DNA from: an uncultured bacterium
GTDB taxonomy: Bacteria; B130-G9
Reading direction: 5' to 3'
Length of the DNA: 58,715 bases
NCBI GenBank assembly: GCA_964480475.1
Contig: CAYZPW010000004.1
Location: 1 to 58,715, forward strand
Part shown: one piece after another, positions 1-9,044 of the stretch
Layout: each line of letters starts with the position of its first letter
Numbering within the stretch: the stretch's first letter is position 1
Notes under the pieces: generated by a model
The model's database searches: none
Told to the model about the DNA's origin: nothing
What the model saw: only the letters and a program-made list of their open reading frames with translations
Translations under genes and position numbers: made by a program

Positions 1-318
1 GATGTCCGTGCCTGCTTCTGGATACGGATTGTACACGAGGTAGTCGATGCTGCTCCAGCCGTTGTCATCGACAAGCTGGCGCCCGTCGTCCGTAAGGTCC
101 CATTTGGAGGGATACTCGCCGACGTCCTCGTAGTAGTTGTTGAGCGCCTCCTCCAGGTTGTCCATCTTCTCTTCAGTTGCCTCGCGGTCCTTGAGGTCAA
201 GGGTAGTGACGAGCGATGGGATCGCCACCGCCGCAAGCGTCGCTATGATCGCAATGACGATGACGACCTCGATGAGGGTCATGCCCCTGCAAGCCCTTAT
301 TCCCAATCTCCGTTTCAT
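1..318 (-). CDS. Prepilin-type N-terminal cleavage/methylation protein (type II secretion pseudopilin or type IV pilin), runs off the window end
   Basis: Not in ORF track; translated by hand from ATG at 318 behind AGGAGGTG: MKRRLGIRACRG-MTLIEVVIVIAIIATLAAVAIP..., a class III signal (G|xTLIE plus hydrophobic helix); frame open to base 1. Confidence 0.9.
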   Translation of the reverse strand, partial: MKRRLGIRACRGMTLIEVVIVIAIIATLAAVAIPSLVTTLDLKDREATEEKMDNLEEALNNYYEDVGEYPSKWDLTDDGRQLVDDNGWSSIDYLVYNPYPEAGTDI

Positions 319-390
319 TTTCAACTCACCTCCTAAGAGAGCGTGATTACTACAATAACTTATCCCTAAAGCCAAACGTCTTACGGTTAG

Positions 391-419
391 AATATGCCCC
401 AAATAACCACTTTTGTCAA
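391..419 (-). promoter_or_regulatory. Sigma70-type promoter of the prepilin gene
   Basis: Minus strand TTGACA-17 nt-CATATT about 70 bp upstream of the ATG. Confidence 0.5.
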
Positions 420-586
420 AGTTTGGCAGAGAGGATACTTGCCGCGAAGCACGGCTCAACACTAATTACAAATCCCGTCACAACGACCCGGGTCGCACCT
501 GACCCCGAGACACAATTATTCACATAACCAGACTCAAGAGTAACAAGGATACCTGCTCTGCTCTCCCAGTCAAGCAGAATCTGAGG

Positions 587-911
587 CCCCAATAATCGGA
601 TTGACAATCGTTGACATCGTGTCTTGAGCTCGCCTTCGCCATTCACGAGGCTGCTCTTGTCGAATACAATAGCGATGCATCTTGCACCCGTTGGGTGGTT
701 TGGAGTGCGGTGGCCTGACACCGCTTTGTTACGCGGCGGCTCGACGCCGCGATTGCTCGATTCGGTCGTTGTGATAGCTGACGTGTATCCGAAACCAGCG
801 ATTGAGAAGCGATCTTGGCATGTCGCGTCAAGCCGCGACCACTGAAATCCGCCGCGCGGCGGACGCACTCCAAAACGTCACCGCACCGCTAGGCCAATCT
901 GGTTATTGGGG
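587..911. mobile_element. MITE-like non-coding element, copy 1 (~325 bp)
   Basis: 17-bp terminal inverted repeats CCCCAATAATCGGATTG (587-603) and CAATCTGGTTATTGGGG (895-911), 15/17 match; internal TTTGGAGTGCG...CGCACTCCAAA inverted pair; inverted homolog at 31283-31555. Confidence 0.7.
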
Positions 912-941
912 GAGAGGGCGGTCAGGCCGCCAGCTGTGAAA

Positions 942-975
942 GGGCAAGAGGCAGCGCCTGTGCCGCCTCTTGCCC
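942..975 (-). terminator. Probable intrinsic terminator of the 994..3273 gene
   Basis: GGGCAAGAGGCAGC-6 nt-GCCGCCTCTTGCCC, 14-bp stem with one mismatch, about 20 bp past the stop; short T run follows on the minus strand. Confidence 0.6.
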
Positions 976-993
976 TGCATGTGCGTTGGGTTG

Positions 994-3273
994 CTAAAGC
1001 AAAGAGAATCCGACCTCGCTGATCGTACCGAGCAACTCACCGGTGTGGGCATCGGTCATAAAAGCCCAGAATCTGTAGTTGCCATGACCACCGATGCGAG
1101 GCGTCATCGATGGGAGTCGTGTATTTAGAATCGTAACATCATAAAGCTCAAAGACCGGTGGAAAATCGAGAACGAGCGGGAATGCGAATCCTGTCCAGGT
1201 CGGCCAGAAGAGGAGCCTGCCGTCAGGCGTGACAAGGAACACATAGAGGAAGACCCGGTAGAGGACGCTGTTGTTGCCGCCTGAGATAGTCAGGAGCAGG
1301 TCGTCGCCTTGCACATACATGGTATCATTCAGTGTTAGATAGAGCCACGGACCTGCGCCTTCTTCGCTGATTTTGACGGTTACGACGTCCGTTCCGGTCT
1401 TCCCGCGCGCATCCGTAGCGACGGCCTGGACGCTGTGGCTGACCTCCTCACCTTCCCTGGCTGCTGGGCTCAGCGTTGTCAGGATCGTGTCTCCCTCGCC
1501 GAGATAGCCTTCGATGTCGGAGAACCACTGAATCGTCTCACCTCCTGCGCCGAAACGGACTTCGGCCTTGAACTCGATTGTCTCGCCTGGTTCGAAGGTT
1601 GAGTTGTTCGCGGGCGTGAGGATGTTCACGACTGGCGGGATGAACTCTACGACAGCGGGCAGATAGAAATCACCCTCGAACGAGCCAGGCGCCCTGCCGT
1701 CTTGAGTGTAGAAGGTGCCTTTGAAAAGCCAAGTGGGCGCAATCGTCGTGCCGGTTAATATCACCTCATTTGGTTCCTCGAAATAGACAAGCGTCGCGTC
1801 CTCAATATCGAACGCTTCGTAGGGCGGAACTTGGAGGAGCGATACCTTGTTCTTGTATTCGTCAACGAGAGCGATTGCCTCGTCCTGTGAGAGGACCTGA
1901 GCCTCTTCTGTCTCCTCGAGCTTGCGCCAGCCGCCGATAGCGCCGATCACTTCGCCCTGGTCCCCTAGATAGACCTTGAGCTTGGCGCCGGGACCTACTA
2001 CGGAGAATATCAGCTCTCTGTAGGCTATCTCGTGGGGGTAGAACACGCAGCTGAGGATGGGCAGCTCATTCAGAGGTTCGCCTCTGCCCTGCCCTTCCCT
2101 ACCATACTCGAATATGATCTCAGTCTCGATTTCGGGGTCCCCGATGCCGCCGAGTATCAGACCTGCCAGACCTAGCCTGGCGAGAAACTCGTTTGCGAGT
2201 TTGATACCGATGTCGCCAATCATCAGGTTGGGGCTCTCCTTCGGCACCTTGAAGAGCTTATCAGCCTTTCCGAAGAACAGCCCACCATTCTTGTGAATCC
2301 GGAAGAAGGTGTCGTCTCCCGGCGAATCATACAGGCCGTAATAGCCGTCATCTCCAAGAACAACATCACCTTCCAGGCCCAGGGCACGCGCTATCGACGA
2401 GGCCTCCTGGTGAGTTATCGTCTCCTCAACCGCCTTATAGACCATCATCTCGTTCTGCTGAGCGTTCACGCGAGGCGGCTGGCATGCTGCGTCGTGGTCC
2501 CATGTCCAATAGGAGCCATCTTTGATGGGGTCTGGGGAGACGTAGCCCTCTCCCCATGCGTAATCGTTGTAGTTGTCGTTGACCTCGGCGAGGACCCTGG
2601 CGGTTACGGTCGTCCATCCATGCGGCTGAACGTAGTCAACGGCGAGGAACCAGGACTGCGTGACCGTAAAGGGGGAATCGAGCGACGAAGACCAGCTGCC
2701 GGTCATGTATTGGCCCCACTTCTTGCCGTCGCCCGGAGCATACACATACATCGTGTTCTTGAAGCCAAGGAGCTGGTGCAGACCATTCATCGCGTGGGAC
2801 CAGTGTCCTGCGCTGGAGTCCCGAAGCACGCTGCAGCAGTCCAGCGCGATCCACTCCAGGTTGTTCGTGCCCCAGAGGTTATAGACCTCCCCGGGGTGCA
2901 TGTGCGAGTCCGAAGAGCCGGTGCTAAAAACTACTGAGCTGTGATCGGCGCCCCAAAACGAGTCGTAATCAGAGCCGCCGTGGGTCCCGATCAAAGCTAT
3001 GTCAACAGAGTCGATCCACGAGTTGTCGTTTGTGGTGAAATCCGATTCCCAGGCGTTGGCGTTGGCCCAGTGGAACTGGCCATACCAGCCCTTGGCGGTG
3101 AGCTCGTCGTAGAGCCCTTCGGCCGACTCATCCCAGTGAGAGCGGTCGTTGCGGGTTCCCGCAAAGTCGTTGATCCACTCGACGCCAACAGAGGCGGCCA
3201 TCAGATTTGCGGCGCTGAAGAGCATCGCAGCCAAGACGATGCAAATGACCGGGATAATCGCGCGTTTTCTCAT
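994..3273 (-). CDS. Exported DUF6345-like protein with Ig/PKD-like domain and shared terminal module
   Basis: Signal peptide, AGGAGG RBS; DSVDIALIGTHG and WIALDCCSVL motifs recalled for DUF6345; PPVVNILTP...WFSDIEGYLG Ig-like domain; C-terminal YVQGD...FLVTPDGRLLFWP module. Confidence 0.75.
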   Translation of the reverse strand: MRKRAIIPVICIVLAAMLFSAANLMAASVGVEWINDFAGTRNDRSHWDESAEGLYDELTAKGWYGQFHWANANAWESDFTTNDNSWIDSVDIALIGTHGGSDYDSFWGADHSSVVFSTGSSDSHMHPGEVYNLWGTNNLEWIALDCCSVLRDSSAGHWSHAMNGLHQLLGFKNTMYVYAPGDGKKWGQYMTGSWSSSLDSPFTVTQSWFLAVDYVQPHGWTTVTARVLAEVNDNYNDYAWGEGYVSPDPIKDGSYWTWDHDAACQPPRVNAQQNEMMVYKAVEETITHQEASSIARALGLEGDVVLGDDGYYGLYDSPGDDTFFRIHKNGGLFFGKADKLFKVPKESPNLMIGDIGIKLANEFLARLGLAGLILGGIGDPEIETEIIFEYGREGQGRGEPLNELPILSCVFYPHEIAYRELIFSVVGPGAKLKVYLGDQGEVIGAIGGWRKLEETEEAQVLSQDEAIALVDEYKNKVSLLQVPPYEAFDIEDATLVYFEEPNEVILTGTTIAPTWLFKGTFYTQDGRAPGSFEGDFYLPAVVEFIPPVVNILTPANNSTFEPGETIEFKAEVRFGAGGETIQWFSDIEGYLGEGDTILTTLSPAAREGEEVSHSVQAVATDARGKTGTDVVTVKISEEGAGPWLYLTLNDTMYVQGDDLLLTISGGNNSVLYRVFLYVFLVTPDGRLLFWPTWTGFAFPLVLDFPPVFELYDVTILNTRLPSMTPRIGGHGNYRFWAFMTDAHTGELLGTISEVGFSLL

Positions 3274-3577
3274 CGTGCTCCTCCTTTTCAGAGGTCTTGA
3301 GCGTTCATCTCAGTGCTGATTGACTAAACAAAGCTGTATCTAAACTCGGTGTCCGAGGCACGGCTCCACGGGGCATGAAGTTCCACAACGCGAGCTTGAT
3401 CCCCGTCGTCCAGCCACCTCACAAGCGCCTCAAGCCACCTACTTGCATTCTCACCAATGTATCACAGTGGATCAGGACATACAACGATGCAACTTCACTG
3501 ACGGAGCAATCGGAAGTCAAGAAACCGAAAGTCGAAGGCTCGAGGTGAAGAGTGGATACGGAGCCAGCTCGCAGCCG

Positions 3578-4378
3578 CTAGCCCGCCGCTTCCGTATTCG
3601 GTGTCGCCGTTGTGATCTCTGCCTCTTCTGTCAATCTATCTGCGGCGAGCTGGCAGTATTGGGCGTCGATGTCGATGCCGACCCCCTTTCTGCCAGTTAC
3701 GGCACAAGCCAGCAGCGTCGAGCCGCTGCCCACGAACGGATCGAGGACAAGATCGCCGACGAATGTGAAGAGCTTTATGCATCTTCTCGGCAGTTCTATG
3801 GGAAATGGCGCGGGATGGCCGACGCGCTTCTTGCTCTCGCCAGAAAACGTCCAGACGCCATTCGTCCAATCCATGAAGTCCTGCCTGTCGATATCCGACT
3901 TGCCCGAACCGCTCGTCTTCTTCCATGAATTCTTGTATAGGACGGCGATCATCTCCACCGGCGCGATGACGTAGGGCGCGCTCGCCGAGAGCCACGAACC
4001 CCACGCCGTGCGCCTCGAGATGTTCTGCTCGTTCCAGACGATGCTGGTGTGATACTTGAGGCCCACCTGCTTGGCGATGCCCAAGATGTCGGCATAGACG
4101 CTCTGCTGCCCGCCCTTGTTCTTGTCGAGGGGAATGTTAAGACATAGACGTCCGTCGTCCTTCAGCATCGAGATAGCCTTCACCAGCCACTGACGTGTGA
4201 AGTCGAGGTAAGAAGCGTAGGACGTCTGATCGTCGTAGGAACCGTAATCGATCTCAACGTTGTAGGGCGGCGAGGTCACTATGAGGTCGATGGAGTCCTC
4301 GGGCACGCAATCCGTGGTGAGGAAATCATCGTTGAGAATCCGTATATTGCCGAATTCGAAGGAGTATCTGCCCGGCAT
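3578..4378 (-). CDS. Site-specific amino DNA methyltransferase (beta class, likely m4C), orphan
   Basis: Catalytic TSPPY near the N-terminus, HPAPFP, and SAM-binding DPFVGSGS near the C-terminus. Confidence 0.9.
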   Translation of the reverse strand: MPGRYSFEFGNIRILNDDFLTTDCVPEDSIDLIVTSPPYNVEIDYGSYDDQTSYASYLDFTRQWLVKAISMLKDDGRLCLNIPLDKNKGGQQSVYADILGIAKQVGLKYHTSIVWNEQNISRRTAWGSWLSASAPYVIAPVEMIAVLYKNSWKKTSGSGKSDIDRQDFMDWTNGVWTFSGESKKRVGHPAPFPIELPRRCIKLFTFVGDLVLDPFVGSGSTLLACAVTGRKGVGIDIDAQYCQLAADRLTEEAEITTATPNTEAAG

Positions 4379-4690
4379 CGATCATATCACTCTTAGCTGT
4401 TGGGTGAACTCAACAGGGACAAAACACTGGCCTACAATAATACAACAACGGTCCCTAAACAGCAGCTTCTTCTAATCGTGCTCACGTAGGATCATGAATG
4501 ATCAATGGTTGAATCACAGCTATTCCAAGCCCGAGGCGAAACGTTGCTCGGGAAGAAGAGGTCCCGGTTAGGGCCGGCGCCATCGAGCCTTTTTGCTTAT
4601 GGGCGCAGTCTATCCCATCTTTCAGCCTTGAAGCCGGGGTGCGAATGCCGATAGAATATAGTGTGAAAATCATCTGACGGGGTGAGTATC

Positions 4691-4996
4691 ATGACAAACC
4701 TGCGTATCAATGTTTCTCGGCCCAACGTCGAGGCGTTTTGCGGCAAGTGGAAGATCTCCGAGTTCGCATTCTTTGGCTCGGTGCTTCGGGAGGATTTCGG
4801 GCCAGAAAGTGACGTGGACGTGTTGGTGACGTTCGCTTTGGATTCCCGTTGGAGCGGTTTCGACATCGTGGATATGATAGACGAGCTGAGGGTCATCTTC
4901 GGTCGGGATGTGGACTTGGTGGAGAAGGATGCAATCCGAAATCCGTTTCGACGGCAGGCTATCCTCTCGTGCTACGAGGTCTTCTATGCGGCCTAG
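4691..4996 (+). CDS. Minimal nucleotidyltransferase (MNT/MntA-type antitoxin)
   Basis: FGSVLREDFGPESDVDVLV matches GS-x10-DxD; DVDLV; about 100 aa; overlaps the downstream HEPN gene. Confidence 0.9.
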   Translation: MTNLRINVSRPNVEAFCGKWKISEFAFFGSVLREDFGPESDVDVLVTFALDSRWSGFDIVDMIDELRVIFGRDVDLVEKDAIRNPFRRQAILSCYEVFYAA

Positions 4997-5348
4997 CACG
5001 GACGATGCGGCGTTTCTTTGGGACATGCTGGATGCCGCGCGTGCGGTGGGGAGCTTCGTTGCATCGCGGGCATATCAGGACTACCTAGACAATCGTATGC
5101 TGCGAGGTGCTGTCGAGCGACACCTGGAAATCCTGGCTGAGGCGGCAAGACGGGTATCTAGAGCCGTTCAGGAGGACCATCCAGAGGTTCCCTGGCGCCG
5201 GATAATTGGGCTGCGCAATGTTCTGGCGCACGAGTATGGCGAGATCAAACACGACAAGATGTGGATTGTAGCAACGGAGGCCATCCCAGCTCTCATTGAC
5301 ACCCTTGAATCGCTCGTCCCGCCCGCCCCCGATAGCCAGCAGCCATAA
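4986..5348 (+). CDS. HEPN/DUF86 ribonuclease toxin (HepT-like)
   Basis: Start taken at ATG 4986 (MRPSTDDAAFLWDML); PEVPWRRIIGLRNVLAHEYG carries the HEPN R-x4-H motif. Confidence 0.9.
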   Translation: MRPSTDDAAFLWDMLDAARAVGSFVASRAYQDYLDNRMLRGAVERHLEILAEAARRVSRAVQEDHPEVPWRRIIGLRNVLAHEYGEIKHDKMWIVATEAIPALIDTLESLVPPAPDSQQP

Positions 5349-5508
5349 GAACTGCATATCCGGGATGACCCGATTTGGGCGCAAAGTCGGGCCGTCGTCC
5401 ACGAAAGGAGCATCATACCTCGCCTAAAAGGGTTACTGCTGGCCCGTTCTCTAACTGATTATTCCATACCCCTCATATATTGATTGCGCAGACATCTCTT
5501 CCTTCCAG

Positions 5509-6879
5509 CTAATCACGCAGCTTCCTCGCGGCCATCATGGCGACGACGTGTATGGGGTCCCAGCTGGAGCCGAACTGAGGCGCGTATGGCAGGTCGAGCT
5601 GGGTGAGGTCTTTCACAGTAAGTCCAGCGTGGATTGCGACGATAAGGGCGTTGATCCTGGCGACGACGCCCTCCTCGCCGACGGCCTGAGCGCCCAGTAG
5701 CTTCCCGGTCTTCGGGTCGAATACAATCTTTAGCTTCAGTGGCTTAGGGTTGGGATAGTAGGCCGCGTGTGAGTGGCCCGTGAACGCCTGAGACGCGGCG
5801 TTGATGCCGAGGCTCTTCGCAGCCGACAACGTCAATCCAGTGACCGCGAAGGCGAGTCCAAATGCCGCTGATATGCCTGTCCCAAGGACTCCAGCGAAGC
5901 ATGAGTCTCCCCCGGCTGCGTTCTCGCCGGCCACCTTGCCCTGCTTCTCCGCAACCGTTGCCAGCGGCATATAGACCTCCTGGCCTGAGACGATGTTCCT
6001 GGCCTGGCAGCAATCGCCGGCCGCGAAGACATCAGGCGCGGAGGTCCGCTGATGATCGTCAGCCACGATGGCGCCGTGCTCACCGATGCTGATGCCAACA
6101 GCCTCAGCAAGCACAACATTCGGCGCCACGCCGAGCGCGAGTATCACAAGGTCAGCGTCAATTGCCTCGCCCTTCGCTTGCACGGAAACAACGCGGCCGT
6201 TGGCATCAGAAAGAACGTTCTGAACCGGCGAATTCATCAGCACCCTCACGCCCTTTTCCTCGAATCGCTGTCCGACCGCCGCCGCCATGTCAGGGTCCAT
6301 GCCTATCAGGATCTGCGGAAGCATCTCTATCAGCGTTACGTCCATCCCCAGCCGCTCCAGCGCCTCAACCATCTCAAGCCCGATGTAGCCCGCGCCCACA
6401 ACGACAGCCCGCCTGGGCGAATTAGCGTCGATGAACTCCTTGATGCTCACCGCGTCGCCGATGTTGCGCAGCGTAAAAACACCATCGGCATCGACGCCTT
6501 CCACCGGAGGGACCTTGGGCGAGGCGCCCGTCGCGAGTATGAGCTTGTCATACTGGAGTTCATATTCGCTGCCCGCGTTGAAGTCGGCGCAGGTCACTGA
6601 TTTGTGCTCGGTGTCGATTGCGAGGACCTCGTGCTTGAGGCGCAGGTCAATGCCCATTTTGTCCCTGATGACGGTCGGCTCGGCGAATGTCAGCTTCCTG
6701 ATGTCCTTAATCTCGCCTCCGATGAAGTAGGGCAGCCCACAGGGCGAGCTCGAGGCATAGATCGACCGCTCCAGCACCGTTACTGTGGCCTTTCTATTGA
6801 TTTTTTTCGCGGCGGTCGCGGCGCCGAGGCCAGCCGCCTGCGCCCCGATGACGACGATTCTCGAGTTCTTGCTCGACAT
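5509..6879 (-). CDS. CoA-disulfide reductase / NADH oxidase-peroxidase family flavoprotein
   Basis: IGAQAAG FAD motif, single redox Cys in SPCGLPY, GAGYIGLE NAD motif, VFAAGDC, DLPYAPQF C-terminus. Confidence 0.9.
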   Translation of the reverse strand: MSSKNSRIVVIGAQAAGLGAATAAKKINRKATVTVLERSIYASSSPCGLPYFIGGEIKDIRKLTFAEPTVIRDKMGIDLRLKHEVLAIDTEHKSVTCADFNAGSEYELQYDKLILATGASPKVPPVEGVDADGVFTLRNIGDAVSIKEFIDANSPRRAVVVGAGYIGLEMVEALERLGMDVTLIEMLPQILIGMDPDMAAAVGQRFEEKGVRVLMNSPVQNVLSDANGRVVSVQAKGEAIDADLVILALGVAPNVVLAEAVGISIGEHGAIVADDHQRTSAPDVFAAGDCCQARNIVSGQEVYMPLATVAEKQGKVAGENAAGGDSCFAGVLGTGISAAFGLAFAVTGLTLSAAKSLGINAASQAFTGHSHAAYYPNPKPLKLKIVFDPKTGKLLGAQAVGEEGVVARINALIVAIHAGLTVKDLTQLDLPYAPQFGSSWDPIHVVAMMAARKLRD

Positions 6880-6924
6880 TATTCCCTCGCTTGGTCAGAC
6901 GACCGCATAGTCTGCGGATGGCCC

Positions 6925-7029
6925 GTAGGGGCGGGTCTCAGACCCGCCCGCCTGTGTCAATCCGATAAGATACGGCGCGCTCACCCTGGCAGTCAATTGG
7001 AACGGGCGTGGTCTTAAGACCGCGCCACA
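6925..7029. repeat. GTAG REP doublet (REPIN-like), degenerate copy 1
   Basis: GTAGGGGCGGGTCTCAGACCCGCCC...GGGCGTGGTCTTAAGACCGCGCC; homologs at 12743, 31739, 46040, 49155. Confidence 0.8.
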
Positions 7030-7194
7030 TCAACCAAAAACCTTGACGGAGAAGGTCAGTCTGTAAAACAATCTGCACGATTGCCGCGGCATTCGCGGTC
7101 ATTGTTCTCAATACAATAGCAGTTGAGAGGACAAATGTTCGGTCAATCATACGGAGAAAGATATGAGCGCGGAAGGCGCTTTGGAGGTGAGTTT

Positions 7195-8136
7195 ATGCCA
7201 GCGAGTCTTGACCCGAACAACACTGTAGTGATAATCGGCGCGGGGCCGGCGGGGATGTCGGCGGCGATCTACGCGAAGCGGTCGGCAGTGGAGGTGATGC
7301 TGCTTGAGCACGTGGCCCCGGGTGGGCAGATAATGCGAACGCAGGGCATCGACAACTATCTGGGCTTTCCAGCTGAGACCTCGGCCGCTGAACTCGTCGC
7401 GAAATTCCAGGATCATCTTTCGTCTTTTGACATAGAGATTCTCTCGGAGACCGCGGCGAAGATCGTTCCGGGTGAGCCGCTGACAGTAGAGACCAGCAGC
7501 GGAGAGAAACTTGAATGTAAGGCTGTCATCGTCGCAACAGGCGCTCGGCCACGGCTCCTTGGCGTGCCCGGGGAGTGGAAGTTCTTCGGCAAGGGAGTAT
7601 CGACGTGCGCCGTATGTGACGGCAATTTCTACAAAGGTCAGACCGTAGCGATAGTTGGCGGTGGCACAACGGCCCTGGAAGACGTCATTCACCTTTCGCG
7701 GCTCACCAAGAAGGTCTATCACATCCACCGAAGGGACCAGCTCAGGCTGGCTGGCGAGACCTCCGACGAGCTCCCCAAGCTCCAGAACGTTGAGCGCGTC
7801 TTCAGCAGCAATCTCGAGGAGGTTCTTGGCGACGAGCAGGTCACTGGGGTCCGGGTTCGTAGCGTCAAGGACGGCAGTGTAAGGGACCTGGCCGTCGATG
7901 GCGTGTTCATTGCTGTCGGCATCGCACCCAACACAGAATTCCTCGCCGGCATTCTTGAGACCGATGACAAGGGCTTCATCGTTACCGATGGGAACATGGC
8001 CACATCCGTGGAGGGTGTCTTTGCCGCAGGCGACGTCCGCACGACGAATCTCAGGCAAGTCTGCACAGCGGTCGCGGACGGGGCAATCGCAGGGATTTCC
8101 GCCGCCAAGTTCATAACAGGCATCTCGCTCTGGTAA
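7195..8136 (+). CDS. trxB: Thioredoxin-disulfide reductase
   Basis: GAGPAG, CAVC redox pair, GGGTTA and HRRD NADPH motifs, GVFAAGD; ATG 7195 follows GGAGGTG. Confidence 0.95.
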   Translation: MPASLDPNNTVVIIGAGPAGMSAAIYAKRSAVEVMLLEHVAPGGQIMRTQGIDNYLGFPAETSAAELVAKFQDHLSSFDIEILSETAAKIVPGEPLTVETSSGEKLECKAVIVATGARPRLLGVPGEWKFFGKGVSTCAVCDGNFYKGQTVAIVGGGTTALEDVIHLSRLTKKVYHIHRRDQLRLAGETSDELPKLQNVERVFSSNLEEVLGDEQVTGVRVRSVKDGSVRDLAVDGVFIAVGIAPNTEFLAGILETDDKGFIVTDGNMATSVEGVFAAGDVRTTNLRQVCTAVADGAIAGISAAKFITGISLW

Positions 8137-8137
8137 C

Positions 8138-9040
8138 TTGCGAATAACCGCCGCCGTCCCGTGCTACAACGCTGAGAAGTTCATCGCTGGGTGCATCCAA
8201 TCGCTCCTTGAGCAATCACGGCCCCCGGACGAGATACTGGTCGTCGATGACGGCTCCAACGACCGCAGCGCCGAGATCATTTCCAGTGTAGGACGGGCTT
8301 TCCAGCCTGTCAGCGTAGGACGGTCTATCCAGCCTGTCGTCAAATTAATCACCCTCGATAAGAACATGGGCGTTGCGCACGCACGGAATGTGCTCCTGAA
8401 AGAGGCGTCGGGGGACGTCGTTGTGTTCATCGACGCGGACGCGGTCGCCGATCGCAATCTCATCCGCGAGCTTGAGGCCCGATACGAGGTTGGCGTGGAC
8501 GGTGCAGGCGGGCGCGCGGTCGAGGCGGCGGGAGATTCGCTTGCGGACAGATGGCGCCGGCTCCATGCCTCACAAGGCCACGGCGACGAGTTCAAGCCCA
8601 ACGTCGATTTCCTCTGGGGCGTTTGCAGCTCGTTCCGACGGGAGGTCCTGCTCGAGGCGGGCGGCTTCGACGAGCGATTCCGCACAAACGGCGAAGACGC
8701 CGAGCTGGGCTTCCGCCTCAACGCGATGGGCAGAAGGCTGGTCTATGCGCCCGACGCCATCGTGCACCACAAGCGGACGGACACCGTCGTCAGCCTCATT
8801 CGGATGATGTACCGCTGGTATTACTGGGGCTACCTGGCGATGCGCAAGGCCCGAGGCGCCGCGTTCTGGTTCTACTTCAAGACCATCATCAAGGTCACCC
8901 TGCGCAACCTCCACACCGACCTATTCCACGAAAAGTCGCCTCGCCTCGCCCTGCTATCAATCCTGCTTTCCCGGATCGAGTTCTTCGCCGCGCTGCGCGC
9001 CGCCTTCACCGCGAGGCGGTTTTTGAGGCAGTCGGATTGA
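8138..9040 (+). CDS. Glycosyltransferase family 2 with an in-frame palindromic insertion
   Basis: PCYN, VDDGS, ARN, FIDAD, GGFDERF and GEDAELG motifs; TTG start directly after trxB. Confidence 0.9.
   Translation: MRITAAVPCYNAEKFIAGCIQSLLEQSRPPDEILVVDDGSNDRSAEIISSVGRAFQPVSVGRSIQPVVKLITLDKNMGVAHARNVLLKEASGDVVVFIDADAVADRNLIRELEARYEVGVDGAGGRAVEAAGDSLADRWRRLHASQGHGDEFKPNVDFLWGVCSSFRREVLLEAGGFDERFRTNGEDAELGFRLNAMGRRLVYAPDAIVHHKRTDTVVSLIRMMYRWYYWGYLAMRKARGAAFWFYFKTIIKVTLRNLHTDLFHEKSPRLALLSILLSRIEFFAALRAAFTARRFLRQSD
8288..8338 (+). repeat. Two tandem 24-bp REP-like hairpins inside the GT2 reading frame
   Basis: GTAGGACGGGCTTTCCAGCCTGTC agc GTAGGACGGTCTATCCAGCCTGTC; same family intergenic at 46380-46406. 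Confidence 0.8.
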
Positions 9041-9044
9041 CAGT

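Noticed and set aside
416-873. ORFs 416..868, 624..845 and 643..873
   Set aside because: They overlie the MITE-like repeat and promoter region and have no protein-like features.
994-1355. Shared terminal module as a T9SS CTD, PEP-CTERM or LPXTG signal
   Set aside because: It lacks the YPNP/KxxK-type CTD pattern and has no TM helix with a basic tail; one copy is N-terminal.
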